The notes beneath the pieces are model-generated. The model was not told the DNA's origin. It was given only the letters and a program-made list of their open reading frames with translations, and made no database searches. Both the position numbers and the translations under genes were made by a program. From a virus (Duplodnaviria > Heunggongvirae > Uroviricota > Caudoviricetes): a stretch of 38,245 nt of DNA. Positions 7,393 to 15,526 of the stretch are shown piece by piece. The first letter of the stretch is position 1. The number at the start of each line of letters is the position of its first letter. The stretch lies in IMG/VR virus record IMGVR_UViG_3300000517_000001. One strand, given 5' to 3'.

Positions 7393-7968
7393 TTAAGAGA
7401 CATAATTCCACTCTATATTGTTTTCATTTTTGCAATAATTGCGAATAGTTTGTGTTGTTACATTTAAAGCTTTTGCGGCTTCTTTTGGACTATTATATAC
7501 TATATCTCTGAATTGTACACAATTAGCTTTGCGGCCACGCTTTGGTGTATGAGGAACAAGTTCAATTTTGCATATACTGTATGCATCTTCCATAACATAA
7601 TTATCTGCACGCTGGAGCGGAATAAGCTTTTTGTTTTCTTCATTAGTTACATAATGAATTTTACAAGCGTCAAGTAATAATTCTAAAATAGTGTCAAAGG
7701 ATCGATTTTCAATTACAGCCTCAACAATTTTTTCTGCCATACGCTGTCGAGGATTATAGTGTTCTGGTGTCATATTACTTATACGACCGTTATGCTTTTT
7801 AATGGCGGCCTTTGATGCATAACCAGTCCATATGGTCTTTAAATCAAAAATAAGATTGCGCAAAGAGTTAATTGTGATAAGCTTATGACTTTCGTCATGA
7901 AGATGTTCTTTTTGATTTATTACCCAGCGTACCACACCTTCATAATCTTTGCGATTAATAGAAGCCAT
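7393..7968 (-). CDS. Putative His-Me finger (HNH-like) nuclease with C-terminal NUMOD1-like HTH
   Basis: TPEHYNPR...VTNEENKKL, and C-terminal YNSPKEAAKALNVTTQTIRNYC. Confidence 0.45.
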   Translation of the reverse strand: MASINRKDYEGVVRWVINQKEHLHDESHKLITINSLRNLIFDLKTIWTGYASKAAIKKHNGRISNMTPEHYNPRQRMAEKIVEAVIENRSFDTILELLLDACKIHYVTNEENKKLIPLQRADNYVMEDAYSICKIELVPHTPKRGRKANCVQFRDIVYNSPKEAAKALNVTTQTIRNYCKNENNIEWNYVS

Positions 7969-7979
7969 TGTATTTTTCC

Positions 7980-8225
7980 TTAGCGACGATTGTAAACATA
8001 AACGTCAGCAGTAGTAGCATATTTCAAAGGAAGCGACTGATTGTACCGGCGATTACCCATACGGTGGCCACGACCTTGCAACTTAACGTAGTTTGTTTCG
8101 CCGTATTTTTCATTGCACATTTTAACATATGTACGAAGTACGCGAACTGCAGTAGCGCCTTCACCAATAGGATGGCCGTCTTTCATGTCAACAGTGAAGT
8201 AATAAGCGTCAGTGCGTTGTGTCAT
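7980..8225 (-). CDS. Small early hypothetical protein
   Basis: 81-aa ORF with a GGAG SD directly downstream of a consensus sigma70 promoter. Confidence 0.75.
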   Translation of the reverse strand: MTQRTDAYYFTVDMKDGHPIGEGATAVRVLRTYVKMCNEKYGETNYVKLQGRGHRMGNRRYNQSLPLKYATTADVYVYNRR

Positions 8226-8251
8226 GATGTAGTCTCCGTTGTTACATTCTT

Positions 8252-8280
8252 ATTATAGACAAAGGGGAAGACAATGTCAA
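8252..8280 (-). promoter_or_regulatory. Sigma70-type early promoter
   Basis: TTGACA (8280-8275), 17-nt spacer, TATAAT (8257-8252). The -35 box sits inside an AAAGGGG...CCCCTTT hairpin (8261-8287) just after the upstream stop codon. Confidence 0.85.
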
Positions 8281-8285
8281 CCCCT

Positions 8286-8696
8286 TTATTCAACTAATGC
8301 CAACATTTCATTAATTGCTTCCTGAATAGGAAAAAGATTTTTATCTGAATAGCTAAGACCAAAGTGAAAGCAAAAATAGTCTGCACCGTACTGAAGATCA
8401 GTTTCGTCAAACTCTTCGGCTTCAATAATCCACTTCAAAGCTTCTTTATCGCTCGTAGCACCAAGAGAACGGGTTTCACAAATTCGGGCTTGCAAATTAA
8501 GAAGAGCTTCGGCTTGAGCTTTACGCTCACGATCCATTGTCTCATTAAGTTCTTCGATGAGATTGTCCCAAACCTTTTGTTTACTATCATCGGAAATCTC
8601 ATTCCAAAACTCCATCCAGCCTTGGCTAGGACGGCAACCACGAGCATCTTTATGAAGATCAGAAACGATGTTTTCGTCGAAGGTGTACTGAGTCAT
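8286..8696 (-). CDS. Early hypothetical protein (SDLHKDAxGxRP type)
   Basis: 136-aa ORF with a GGAGA SD, downstream of a sigma70 promoter. Confidence 0.75.
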   Translation of the reverse strand: MTQYTFDENIVSDLHKDARGCRPSQGWMEFWNEISDDSKQKVWDNLIEELNETMDRERKAQAEALLNLQARICETRSLGATSDKEALKWIIEAEEFDETDLQYGADYFCFHFGLSYSDKNLFPIQEAINEMLALVE

Positions 8697-8703
8697 GATA
8701 TAG

Positions 8704-8745
8704 TCTCCATTGCTTATATTATTAATCTAACACAAGCAATGGAGA
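8704..8745. repeat. Perfect 12-bp inverted repeat enclosing the -10 box and covering the SD
   Basis: TCTCCATTGCTT (8704-8715) and AAGCAATGGAGA (8734-8745) with an 18-nt loop. Confidence 0.9.
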
Positions 8746-8752
8746 ATGTCAA
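8724..8752 (-). promoter_or_regulatory. Sigma70-type early promoter
   Basis: TTGACA (8752-8747), 17-nt spacer, TAGATT (8729-8724) preceded by TGT (extended -10). Confidence 0.75.
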
Positions 8753-8767
8753 CTACTTTTTTTGTTT

Positions 8768-9187
8768 TTATTCTAAAATTTTTGGTAGATCACCATGATT
8801 ATCATCATGACGAGGTGGCTGCCATCCAGAAGGCTTAATCATATCAGGCATACCCCAAGGGTTTGGACGGCCAGGTTTAACACCAACATCTTTACTCATA
8901 TTAGCCCGAAGAATTTCATCCCATGCTTTATGAGCATCAACACCCATCACATCAAGTGTACCAATAGCAAAGACACAAATATCGATAAGACCGTCTACTA
9001 CTTCTTCAGAGTTTTGTTGCACGTTTGCTGCTGAGATAATCTCACCAAGTTCTTCATACATCATAGTAATACGGAAGCTCAAATACTTACGCATCAACTC
9101 TTTATTGTCTTTGTTCTTTTCGAACCATTCATGTACACCAAACTTTTGGTGCATTTCATTAATATCTTGAGCCCAGTCATTACTCAT
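8768..9187 (-). CDS. MazG-like nucleoside triphosphate pyrophosphohydrolase (PRA-PH/DR2231 type)
   Basis: EELGE...EEVVDGLID acidic motif, WDEILRANMSK and IKPSGWQPP. Confidence 0.8.
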   Translation of the reverse strand: MSNDWAQDINEMHQKFGVHEWFEKNKDNKELMRKYLSFRITMMYEELGEIISAANVQQNSEEVVDGLIDICVFAIGTLDVMGVDAHKAWDEILRANMSKDVGVKPGRPNPWGMPDMIKPSGWQPPRHDDNHGDLPKILE

Positions 9188-9603
9188 TTTTCATTTTCCC
9201 TTTCATGAACTAATTTACGAAGACCACTGCTTGAAAAGCGATGATCACGTTTGTTGAAGTAAAGTTGAATGCCACGTTTACGACATACATCTTTGCCAGT
9301 AAAATCTTTGTCTTTATACTCTACACCGAGTATCCTTACATTTATATCATACATTTGAAGAATGTCAACTAAATCTTCTTCAGTTACATAACAAATAATC
9401 TCATCAACATACTTTACTGCGGCGAGCTGTGTATACCTCTCGACCAATGTTTGAACTGGTGCGTTCTTTTCAGGACGATCAATTGAAGGATCAACCTGAA
9501 GACCAGCAATAAGATAGTCACATTGTTGCTTTGATTCTCTAAGCATACTTATATGGCCTGCGTGAAGTAGATCAAATGTGCTACACGTAAATCCTACTTT
9601 CAT
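9184..9603 (-). CDS. Cytidylyltransferase (glycerol-3-phosphate cytidylyltransferase, TagD-like)
   Basis: STFDLLHAGH (HxGH), LIAGLQVDP, ERYTQL, VDEI and FSSSGLR. Confidence 0.85.
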   Translation of the reverse strand: MKVGFTCSTFDLLHAGHISMLRESKQQCDYLIAGLQVDPSIDRPEKNAPVQTLVERYTQLAAVKYVDEIICYVTEEDLVDILQMYDINVRILGVEYKDKDFTGKDVCRKRGIQLYFNKRDHRFSSSGLRKLVHERENEK

Positions 9604-11318
9604 TATACCTCCATCATACTAAAGTTTTTCACTTTCTTAAATTTAATAACATTCTCGAACTTGTCATAAAGCTGGTCACCTTTATGACTAATAATAAAAA
9701 TGTTACTATCTGCTGTGAGCTCGTTAATGATCTTCAAAAACTCTTCAGTGCCAGCATTATCTAGAGACGAGTCCATAATCTCGTCCATAATTAAAAGGTT
9801 AGTACTTACCGAGTTTCTGAGTTTCGAGACTGCGCGCCAGGTAAAAAGTAGCGCGAGATCGATGCGAAGCTTCTCACCTTCGGAGAACGAAGCATAAGAA
9901 AAAGCATCACGAAAGCGGCTCTTAATTGTTTCATTAAATCCCTCATCAAGTTGAAAGTCTACAAAGAAATCCATAGACGCTAAATATTTATTGATCAGTT
10001 TGTTCATCACCGGAACATATTGCTTAATGATACGAGTTTTAATGCCACCATCTTTGAGCATAGATCCAAGAACACTTAGAATTTCCTTATCATTTAAAAG
10101 CTGTTCTTGTTTTGTTTGATATGCTACAAGATCTTTTTCGAGCTGTTGGATCTTTGATGTATCTACTGCTTCGACTTCCTTCTCAGCCTCCATCAATTCC
10201 TTTTTAATACCGCCCAAAGTATTCTTTGTGAGTTTGATATTAGCTCTACATTCAGATGCATGAAGATGTAGCTTCGATATATCATCTTCAATTTCACTAA
10301 TCTCAATAAGTCTTGTTTCTTTTTCTAGAGCTTTAGATGCGAGTTTCTCTCTTGCATTTTTGATTTTGTTAATCTCACTTTTGTGTTGATCAACTGTATC
10401 TTGCTTAAATTCAACTTCGATTCCTTGCTTACATGTTGGACAGTCGTCATGTTGTTCGAAGAATTTGATTTCTTTTGAGAGTCGATTGAATTTTGTTTTG
10501 AGCTCATTGTCGATTTCCTGTATCTCTGAAAGCTTTTTCTTAACATCACCTTTGTCTTGAATCGATTTTACAAACTCATCCATGTGAGATTCGATTTCAT
10601 CGATTTTTGACTGCTCTGACTCAATATATTCAAGATGTTCTTTTACTTTTTCTTTAATCCTTTTGACTTCATCCTCTTTCATAGTACGAATAGAGTCGTT
10701 ATGATCTTTTGCAGACTGAATTCGATCTTTTAAAAGGTCTACATGATATTTGAGTTCTTGTATTTCGGACTTATTATCAGATACCTTTTCTTTAAGAAGA
10801 ACATTCATTGTCGTAAAAATTTGAATATCGAGAAGATCTTCGATAATTTCACGGCGTTGGCCAGCAGGAAGTTGCATAAATGGCACAAATGTAGAAGACC
10901 CAAGGACTACGATTTGTCCAAAGGATTTCATATTCATCTTTAAGATATTGTCTTCAAGATACGCTTGATAGTCCCTTGCTGCAGCATCTTGATTTAAAAG
11001 TTCACCATCTCTCCAAATCTCAAAAAGATTTGGCTTCATACCACGAACGATTTCGTAGTTTTTACCACCAGAGCTAAAGGCTACTTTTACCTTTAGATGT
11101 TTTTGATTAATAGAGTTCATCAACTGTGGTTTATTGATCTTACGAAATGGTTTACCGTACAAGGCAAAACAAATGGCATCAAGCATTGTAGATTTGCCTG
11201 CACCATTTTCACCAACTACAAGTGTTGATTTACTCTTATCGAGATCGATTCGAGTCCATTGATTACCTGTAGAAAGAATGTTTTTATATTCAACGTATTT
11301 GAAGTGTAATGCACTCAT
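9603..11318 (-). CDS. gp46: Recombination endonuclease ATPase subunit (Rad50/SbcC-like)
   Basis: Walker A GENGAGKST, zinc hook CPTC, signature FSEGEK, Walker B LIMDE and ISH. Confidence 0.95.
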   Translation of the reverse strand: MSALHFKYVEYKNILSTGNQWTRIDLDKSKSTLVVGENGAGKSTMLDAICFALYGKPFRKINKPQLMNSINQKHLKVKVAFSSGGKNYEIVRGMKPNLFEIWRDGELLNQDAAARDYQAYLEDNILKMNMKSFGQIVVLGSSTFVPFMQLPAGQRREIIEDLLDIQIFTTMNVLLKEKVSDNKSEIQELKYHVDLLKDRIQSAKDHNDSIRTMKEDEVKRIKEKVKEHLEYIESEQSKIDEIESHMDEFVKSIQDKGDVKKKLSEIQEIDNELKTKFNRLSKEIKFFEQHDDCPTCKQGIEVEFKQDTVDQHKSEINKIKNAREKLASKALEKETRLIEISEIEDDISKLHLHASECRANIKLTKNTLGGIKKELMEAEKEVEAVDTSKIQQLEKDLVAYQTKQEQLLNDKEILSVLGSMLKDGGIKTRIIKQYVPVMNKLINKYLASMDFFVDFQLDEGFNETIKSRFRDAFSYASFSEGEKLRIDLALLFTWRAVSKLRNSVSTNLLIMDEIMDSSLDNAGTEEFLKIINELTADSNIFIISHKGDQLYDKFENVIKFKKVKNFSMMEV

Positions 11319-12382
11319 ATACTCATAGCCTCACTATAGAGATCAGAAATAGCTTTCTTTAATTTGCTCTTATCAACACCAGTTTCAAGGTTGTCAATGT
11401 ATTGATTTAGAATCGTATGTGTATCCTGTGCTTCATCAATGAGTTCATCCTCATCAACAACATCAAGGTTCATATGATCTTCAACTACCTTGACATCAGC
11501 AGGAGCAGCAGACTGAATACGGTCAAGGAAAAGATCAAAGATGTATGGGTTATTCTTTGCTTTGATTATAACCTTTACATGTGTATTTGTCAACTGTTCT
11601 GTTTCGAGTTCGGCAATATCTTCTACAGTCGCATCAGTATCATCATAGAATACTTTATGAAACATTTTATATGGGTTTGGAATAAACTCAAGCTCTCGTG
11701 TTTCAGTATCAAGAATATGAAAGCCACGTTTACCATCATAGTCAGACCAATTCATTTCATATGGTGCACCAAGGTACTTAATATTATCGTACTCAGATGG
11801 ATGATGAAAGTGACCAGAATATACTGCATCAAACTTGGTAAATTCTTTTTTATCAAAGCCATGATCACAAAGCTGGCCACGCATCATCTCAAAACCCTGA
11901 ATTTCAAAGTGGCCCATACAAATTTGTGCATCAGTATTTGAAATAGCTTCTACACATACCTCATAATTATCCTTAGCAATCCAAGGAACCATCAAAATCT
12001 TTGTAGAACCGAGTTGCAATTCAACAGGATCATTCTCATAAATGTACAAATTATCATATGTTGAATTACCATAGATTTGTGTTACACCATTTAGACTGTT
12101 GGTATTTTTGTAGTAAGTATCGTGATTACCAAGAACTAAATGCATTTCAATACCGTTGTCAAACAAAGGCTGGATCATATAATCAGTCATAGCCTTTGCT
12201 GTAACAAAGTTAATGAACTTACGGCGATCAATCAAATCGCCGAGGTGTAAAACAGTCTTAATATCATTTTCAATCAAGTATGGGAAAAATACTTCATCAT
12301 AAAATTTTCGAAAATACTCCGTAAAGGCTGCATTGTCGTTTCTTGCACCCCAGTGAGTATCATTAATAATTGCAACTTTCAT
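11315..12382 (-). CDS. gp47: Recombination endonuclease nuclease subunit (Mre11/SbcD-like)
   Basis: Metallophosphoesterase motifs DTHWG, GDLIDRRK, GNHD and SGHFH. Confidence 0.95.
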   Translation of the reverse strand: MKVAIINDTHWGARNDNAAFTEYFRKFYDEVFFPYLIENDIKTVLHLGDLIDRRKFINFVTAKAMTDYMIQPLFDNGIEMHLVLGNHDTYYKNTNSLNGVTQIYGNSTYDNLYIYENDPVELQLGSTKILMVPWIAKDNYEVCVEAISNTDAQICMGHFEIQGFEMMRGQLCDHGFDKKEFTKFDAVYSGHFHHPSEYDNIKYLGAPYEMNWSDYDGKRGFHILDTETRELEFIPNPYKMFHKVFYDDTDATVEDIAELETEQLTNTHVKVIIKAKNNPYIFDLFLDRIQSAAPADVKVVEDHMNLDVVDEDELIDEAQDTHTILNQYIDNLETGVDKSKLKKAISDLYSEAMSI

Positions 12383-12537
12383 TTACGTTCATTCTCGTAT
12401 TGTCTTACTGCTTCTTGACATGCTTTACGAATATCATCAAGCGTTTTCACAAAGTGTTGTCTTTGCTCGTAGTGAACACTTTTGTTTGTTGCTTTATCAA
12501 TTAAGTCTTCGATAATGACTGGTAGTGGTTGTCTCAT
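12379..12537 (-). CDS. 52-aa hypothetical protein (below ORF-track cutoff)
   Basis: MRQPLPVIIEDLIDKATNKSVHYEQRQHFVKTLDDIRKACQEAVRQYENERK fills the gp55-gp47 gap exactly, with ATGA overlaps at both ends. Confidence 0.8.
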   Translation of the reverse strand: MRQPLPVIIEDLIDKATNKSVHYEQRQHFVKTLDDIRKACQEAVRQYENERK

Positions 12538-13097
12538 TTTTCATCATCCTCATAAAAGTTCTCAAGACCCTCTTTTTTCTTTTCTTTCTCTTTTTTCTTC
12601 TTATTCATAGAAGCTTCATAGTTTTCTACAAAGTCATTCATATAGTCGTTATTCAAATCAATGAATGCAGCATCACCATTATCACTTGTCTCTGATCCTG
12701 TCACTGCTGTGCCTGTAAGTACACTATTTTCAACAACCTTATGTTTAACATAAAGTTGCTTCTTTTCTTTTTGAATACGACGAATGAATGCAAAATAGAT
12801 TACTTGAGTAAAGTAAGCAAATGGATTCTTAGATTTTTCTGGATCAAAATTATGTACACACATCACAGCATTTTCAATGCCGTCTGAGATCATATCATCT
12901 CGATATGTGTAGTTAATAAAGTTTGGTTTATAAGAAAGTCGATTAGCAATATGATAGATACATTCTCCAATATAATTGGGAATACGTGGTAGTTCTTCAC
13001 CACTCTCCTCTGCTTCTCGACATGCATTTTTGTATTCAACCATCGCCTCGTAGAACTCGGCGTTATTGACATAATTCTTTTTTGCTCTTTTGGCCAT
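12534..13097 (-). CDS. gp55: Late-transcription sigma factor
   Basis: NYVNNAEFY, RIPNYIGEC, FINYTYRDDMISDGIEN and NPFAYFTQVIYFAFIRRIQKEKKQ. The start is probably ATG 13097 (AGGAG SD). Confidence 0.95.
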   Translation of the reverse strand: MAKRAKKNYVNNAEFYEAMVEYKNACREAEESGEELPRIPNYIGECIYHIANRLSYKPNFINYTYRDDMISDGIENAVMCVHNFDPEKSKNPFAYFTQVIYFAFIRRIQKEKKQLYVKHKVVENSVLTGTAVTGSETSDNGDAAFIDLNNDYMNDFVENYEASMNKKKKEKEKKKEGLENFYEDDEK

Positions 13098-13116
13098 AAT
13101 CACTCCTACCTATACG

Positions 13117-13156
13117 TATTGAGTATAGTATATCATAAGTTATTGTTATTGTACAA
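13117..13156 (-). promoter_or_regulatory. Probable sigma70-type promoter for gp55
   Basis: Minus strand TTGTAC, 18-nt spacer, then TG-A-TATACT (extended -10), with an A-tract upstream. The -35 box lies within the palindrome TATTGTACAATA. Boundaries are approximate. Confidence 0.55.
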
Positions 13157-13168
13157 TACTTTTTTTAG

Positions 13169-13196
13169 TTGACATTTCTGGCCAACTGTGTATAAT
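13169..13196 (+). promoter_or_regulatory. Perfect-consensus sigma70 promoter oriented antisense to the surrounding genes
   Basis: TTGACA (13169-13174), 16-nt spacer, TATAAT (13191-13196) on the plus strand. Confidence 0.65.
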
Positions 13197-13219
13197 GCTA
13201 TTAAGCTATTGAAAATAAT

Positions 13220-13573
13220 CTAATGTTTGATACTACTCTTTGATTCTAGTAGTGTTTGAAACAATTCTTCAAGCTCATTTGCTTGATCATCGATATCAGA
13301 CTCTGTAGCATATTTATGTACAAATTCAGTGTAGTATTCTTCGGCTGTATCAGAAGCAGGTTTGCAGAACATTACATCTTCAAGATTGAGAATGACATCG
13401 TTGTCCTTCGACAGAAGTAACCAAGACTTAGCATAAAATCCAAGTGATGGATCCATATGAATGCTTACCGGCGTAGTAACTTTTAACGCACGATAACCAA
13501 GATTATCTTTAATAAATTCAGCTGGACCTACAAGATCTTCGCCTGTTCTTAACTTGATGTGCTTCAGTTCCAT
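13220..13573 (-). CDS. Conserved hypothetical protein between uvsW and gp55 (Sm-like fold suspected)
   Basis: N-terminal HIKLRTGEDLVG. Its position matches the small ORF found between uvsW and gp55 in marine T4-like phages. Confidence 0.7.
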   Translation of the reverse strand: MELKHIKLRTGEDLVGPAEFIKDNLGYRALKVTTPVSIHMDPSLGFYAKSWLLLSKDNDVILNLEDVMFCKPASDTAEEYYTEFVHKYATESDIDDQANELEELFQTLLESKSSIKH

Positions 13574-13576
13574 GTA

Positions 13577-15034
13577 TTATCCTTTCAATTGGACATTATA
13601 GATCTTGAATTCAAACTGCTCATTACTATATATCTTAACCCTCTCCATGAAATGTCGAACTGCGAAGTTCTTATGACTCTTCCATTGTAGATCATCAACA
13701 ATATCATAAAGTACTGCTTTGTCTTTACCGTTACCTTTTCTTAATACTCGTCCAATTGATTGTAAGTTACGAATTTTGGATTTACTAGGAGAAGCAAAAA
13801 TGATATTATCAAGACGTTTAATGTTAACTCCAGTAGAAAAAGTCCCGTAACTAGCAAGAATAATGTTATCACTGGTAGACTCAGCAATATGACGAACGTT
13901 TTCGCGATCATCTCCTTTAACACCACCGTGTATAAAGTGGACGGTCTTTCCGTCTTTTTGAAGCATTGGTTCAAGTATTTTACCATGCTTTTCGACAAAC
14001 TGAAAAAGAATGAGAGTATTACCTGGCAGAGACCAAGCCAAGTTCCGAATAAACTTATTTCTTGCTTCATTCTTTACAATCCAATCAATCTCTTCTTGGT
14101 AGCTCTTACTCTTATTTATCTTCCTCATCTCGTCAGGATATTGGAGTGATATAGCCTTAATCTTAAAGTCAGCAAGAGTGTTATCATCAATAAGTTTTTT
14201 TGTTTGAGTTACCTGATATACTGGACCAAAAAGACCGGTAAGAACAAGCTCATGTGTCTGTGATTCATCGAGCGTGCCAGTAAAACCATACCGATACTTT
14301 GCTTCAGGCATCTTTTCAAGAATCTTTGTGATAGACTTTGCCTTTGCAAGGTGCGCTTCGTCTACAATTACAGCATCAAACTTTTCAAAGTAACTTTTTG
14401 GCATTTTAAATAGAGATTGCCATGTAGAAATAGTATAGTCTGCATCAACGTTTTTATCTACACCACCTTGAATCTTGTGTATATCAAGCTTACGAGCTTT
14501 ATTATATTCTAAAAAGTCTGACGCCATTTGAGATACGAGCGAAGTCGTTGGTACGATAATGAGGACTCGTCGCTGGTGTTCCACATGGTATCTGGATAAG
14601 AGGTAGATGATAAACGACTTACCTGATGCGGTAGGACTGAGTAGTAATCCTCGTTGCTTTCGAAGGGCTTCGACAACTGCTCTGTTTTGATAGTCTCTTG
14701 GTTCAAACGCTGAGTCAAATTCACGGGCGAGAGCATAGCCATATTCGTCATCATATGTTTCTTCATTTTTTAATTCTCCATCTAATTCAAGTTCATAATC
14801 CCTTTGTTTACAAAATTTAGCAATATAACCAACAAGACCCGAATAAATTAATCCAGTCATAGTATTGAGAAGTCGTATCTTACCATCCCATACGCGATTG
14901 CGATAGGCAGGCATAAACTTATAACCAGGTACATAAAACTCAAAGTATCCTGACATCTCCATTTTAATGCCAGGATCAGCATGAACCCTTACATATACCT
15001 CATCAACCTTCTCAATATATACCTTATCGCTCAT
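13577..15034 (-). CDS. uvsW: SF2 RNA-DNA/DNA helicase
   Basis: PRDYQ Q-motif, SPTASGKS, DEAH, GFTGTL, STGVNIKRL and QSIGRVLR. Confidence 0.95.
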   Translation of the reverse strand: MSDKVYIEKVDEVYVRVHADPGIKMEMSGYFEFYVPGYKFMPAYRNRVWDGKIRLLNTMTGLIYSGLVGYIAKFCKQRDYELELDGELKNEETYDDEYGYALAREFDSAFEPRDYQNRAVVEALRKQRGLLLSPTASGKSFIIYLLSRYHVEHQRRVLIIVPTTSLVSQMASDFLEYNKARKLDIHKIQGGVDKNVDADYTISTWQSLFKMPKSYFEKFDAVIVDEAHLAKAKSITKILEKMPEAKYRYGFTGTLDESQTHELVLTGLFGPVYQVTQTKKLIDDNTLADFKIKAISLQYPDEMRKINKSKSYQEEIDWIVKNEARNKFIRNLAWSLPGNTLILFQFVEKHGKILEPMLQKDGKTVHFIHGGVKGDDRENVRHIAESTSDNIILASYGTFSTGVNIKRLDNIIFASPSKSKIRNLQSIGRVLRKGNGKDKAVLYDIVDDLQWKSHKNFAVRHFMERVKIYSNEQFEFKIYNVQLKG

Positions 15035-15468
15035 AATGCTCCAGTTCTAAACCTTTCCCAATCTACAATATTTTTAAGATAAAAGTTTCGATTATTGATT
15101 TGTCTAATAATTGATTCGAGATATTCTACGATTGCCTCTTGCATTCCAATCTTAAGACTCATATTAATGATGTCTTCATCTGCTTCGAGATAAGTCGGAA
15201 TATCTTGTCGTAGAATTTTAAGTGGTTGTGGTTTCCAACCATATTCTTTGAGCTCTTCAATATCGAGCTCGCCTTTGTAATATTCTGTTTTAAGTTTATA
15301 AAGCTTCTTATAGTCTGCTTTATACTTCTTAAGCTTCAAGCCTTCTTTAACATACCATTGAAAGTATTTATTATGAAGCTTCGGGATGCGAGTCGACTCA
15401 CCTGAAATGTTAGTCTCATCAATTTCACCATCTTTTGCCCACTCGGCGTAAATATCTTCTAGAATCAT
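15031..15468 (-). CDS. uvsY: Recombination mediator
   Basis: IPKLHNKY, KTEYYKGE, LKILRQDIPTYLEADED and INNRNFYLKNIVDWERF. Confidence 0.9.
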   Translation of the reverse strand: MILEDIYAEWAKDGEIDETNISGESTRIPKLHNKYFQWYVKEGLKLKKYKADYKKLYKLKTEYYKGELDIEELKEYGWKPQPLKILRQDIPTYLEADEDIINMSLKIGMQEAIVEYLESIIRQINNRNFYLKNIVDWERFRTGAL

Positions 15469-15497
15469 GATCTACCTCCATATATCACAGTCAAACA

Positions 15498-15526
15498 ATT
15501 ATATAACAAAATAGATCAAATGTCAA
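15498..15526 (-). promoter_or_regulatory. Sigma70-type promoter for uvsY-uvsW
   Basis: TTGACA (15526-15521), 17-nt spacer, TATAAT (15503-15498). Confidence 0.85.
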
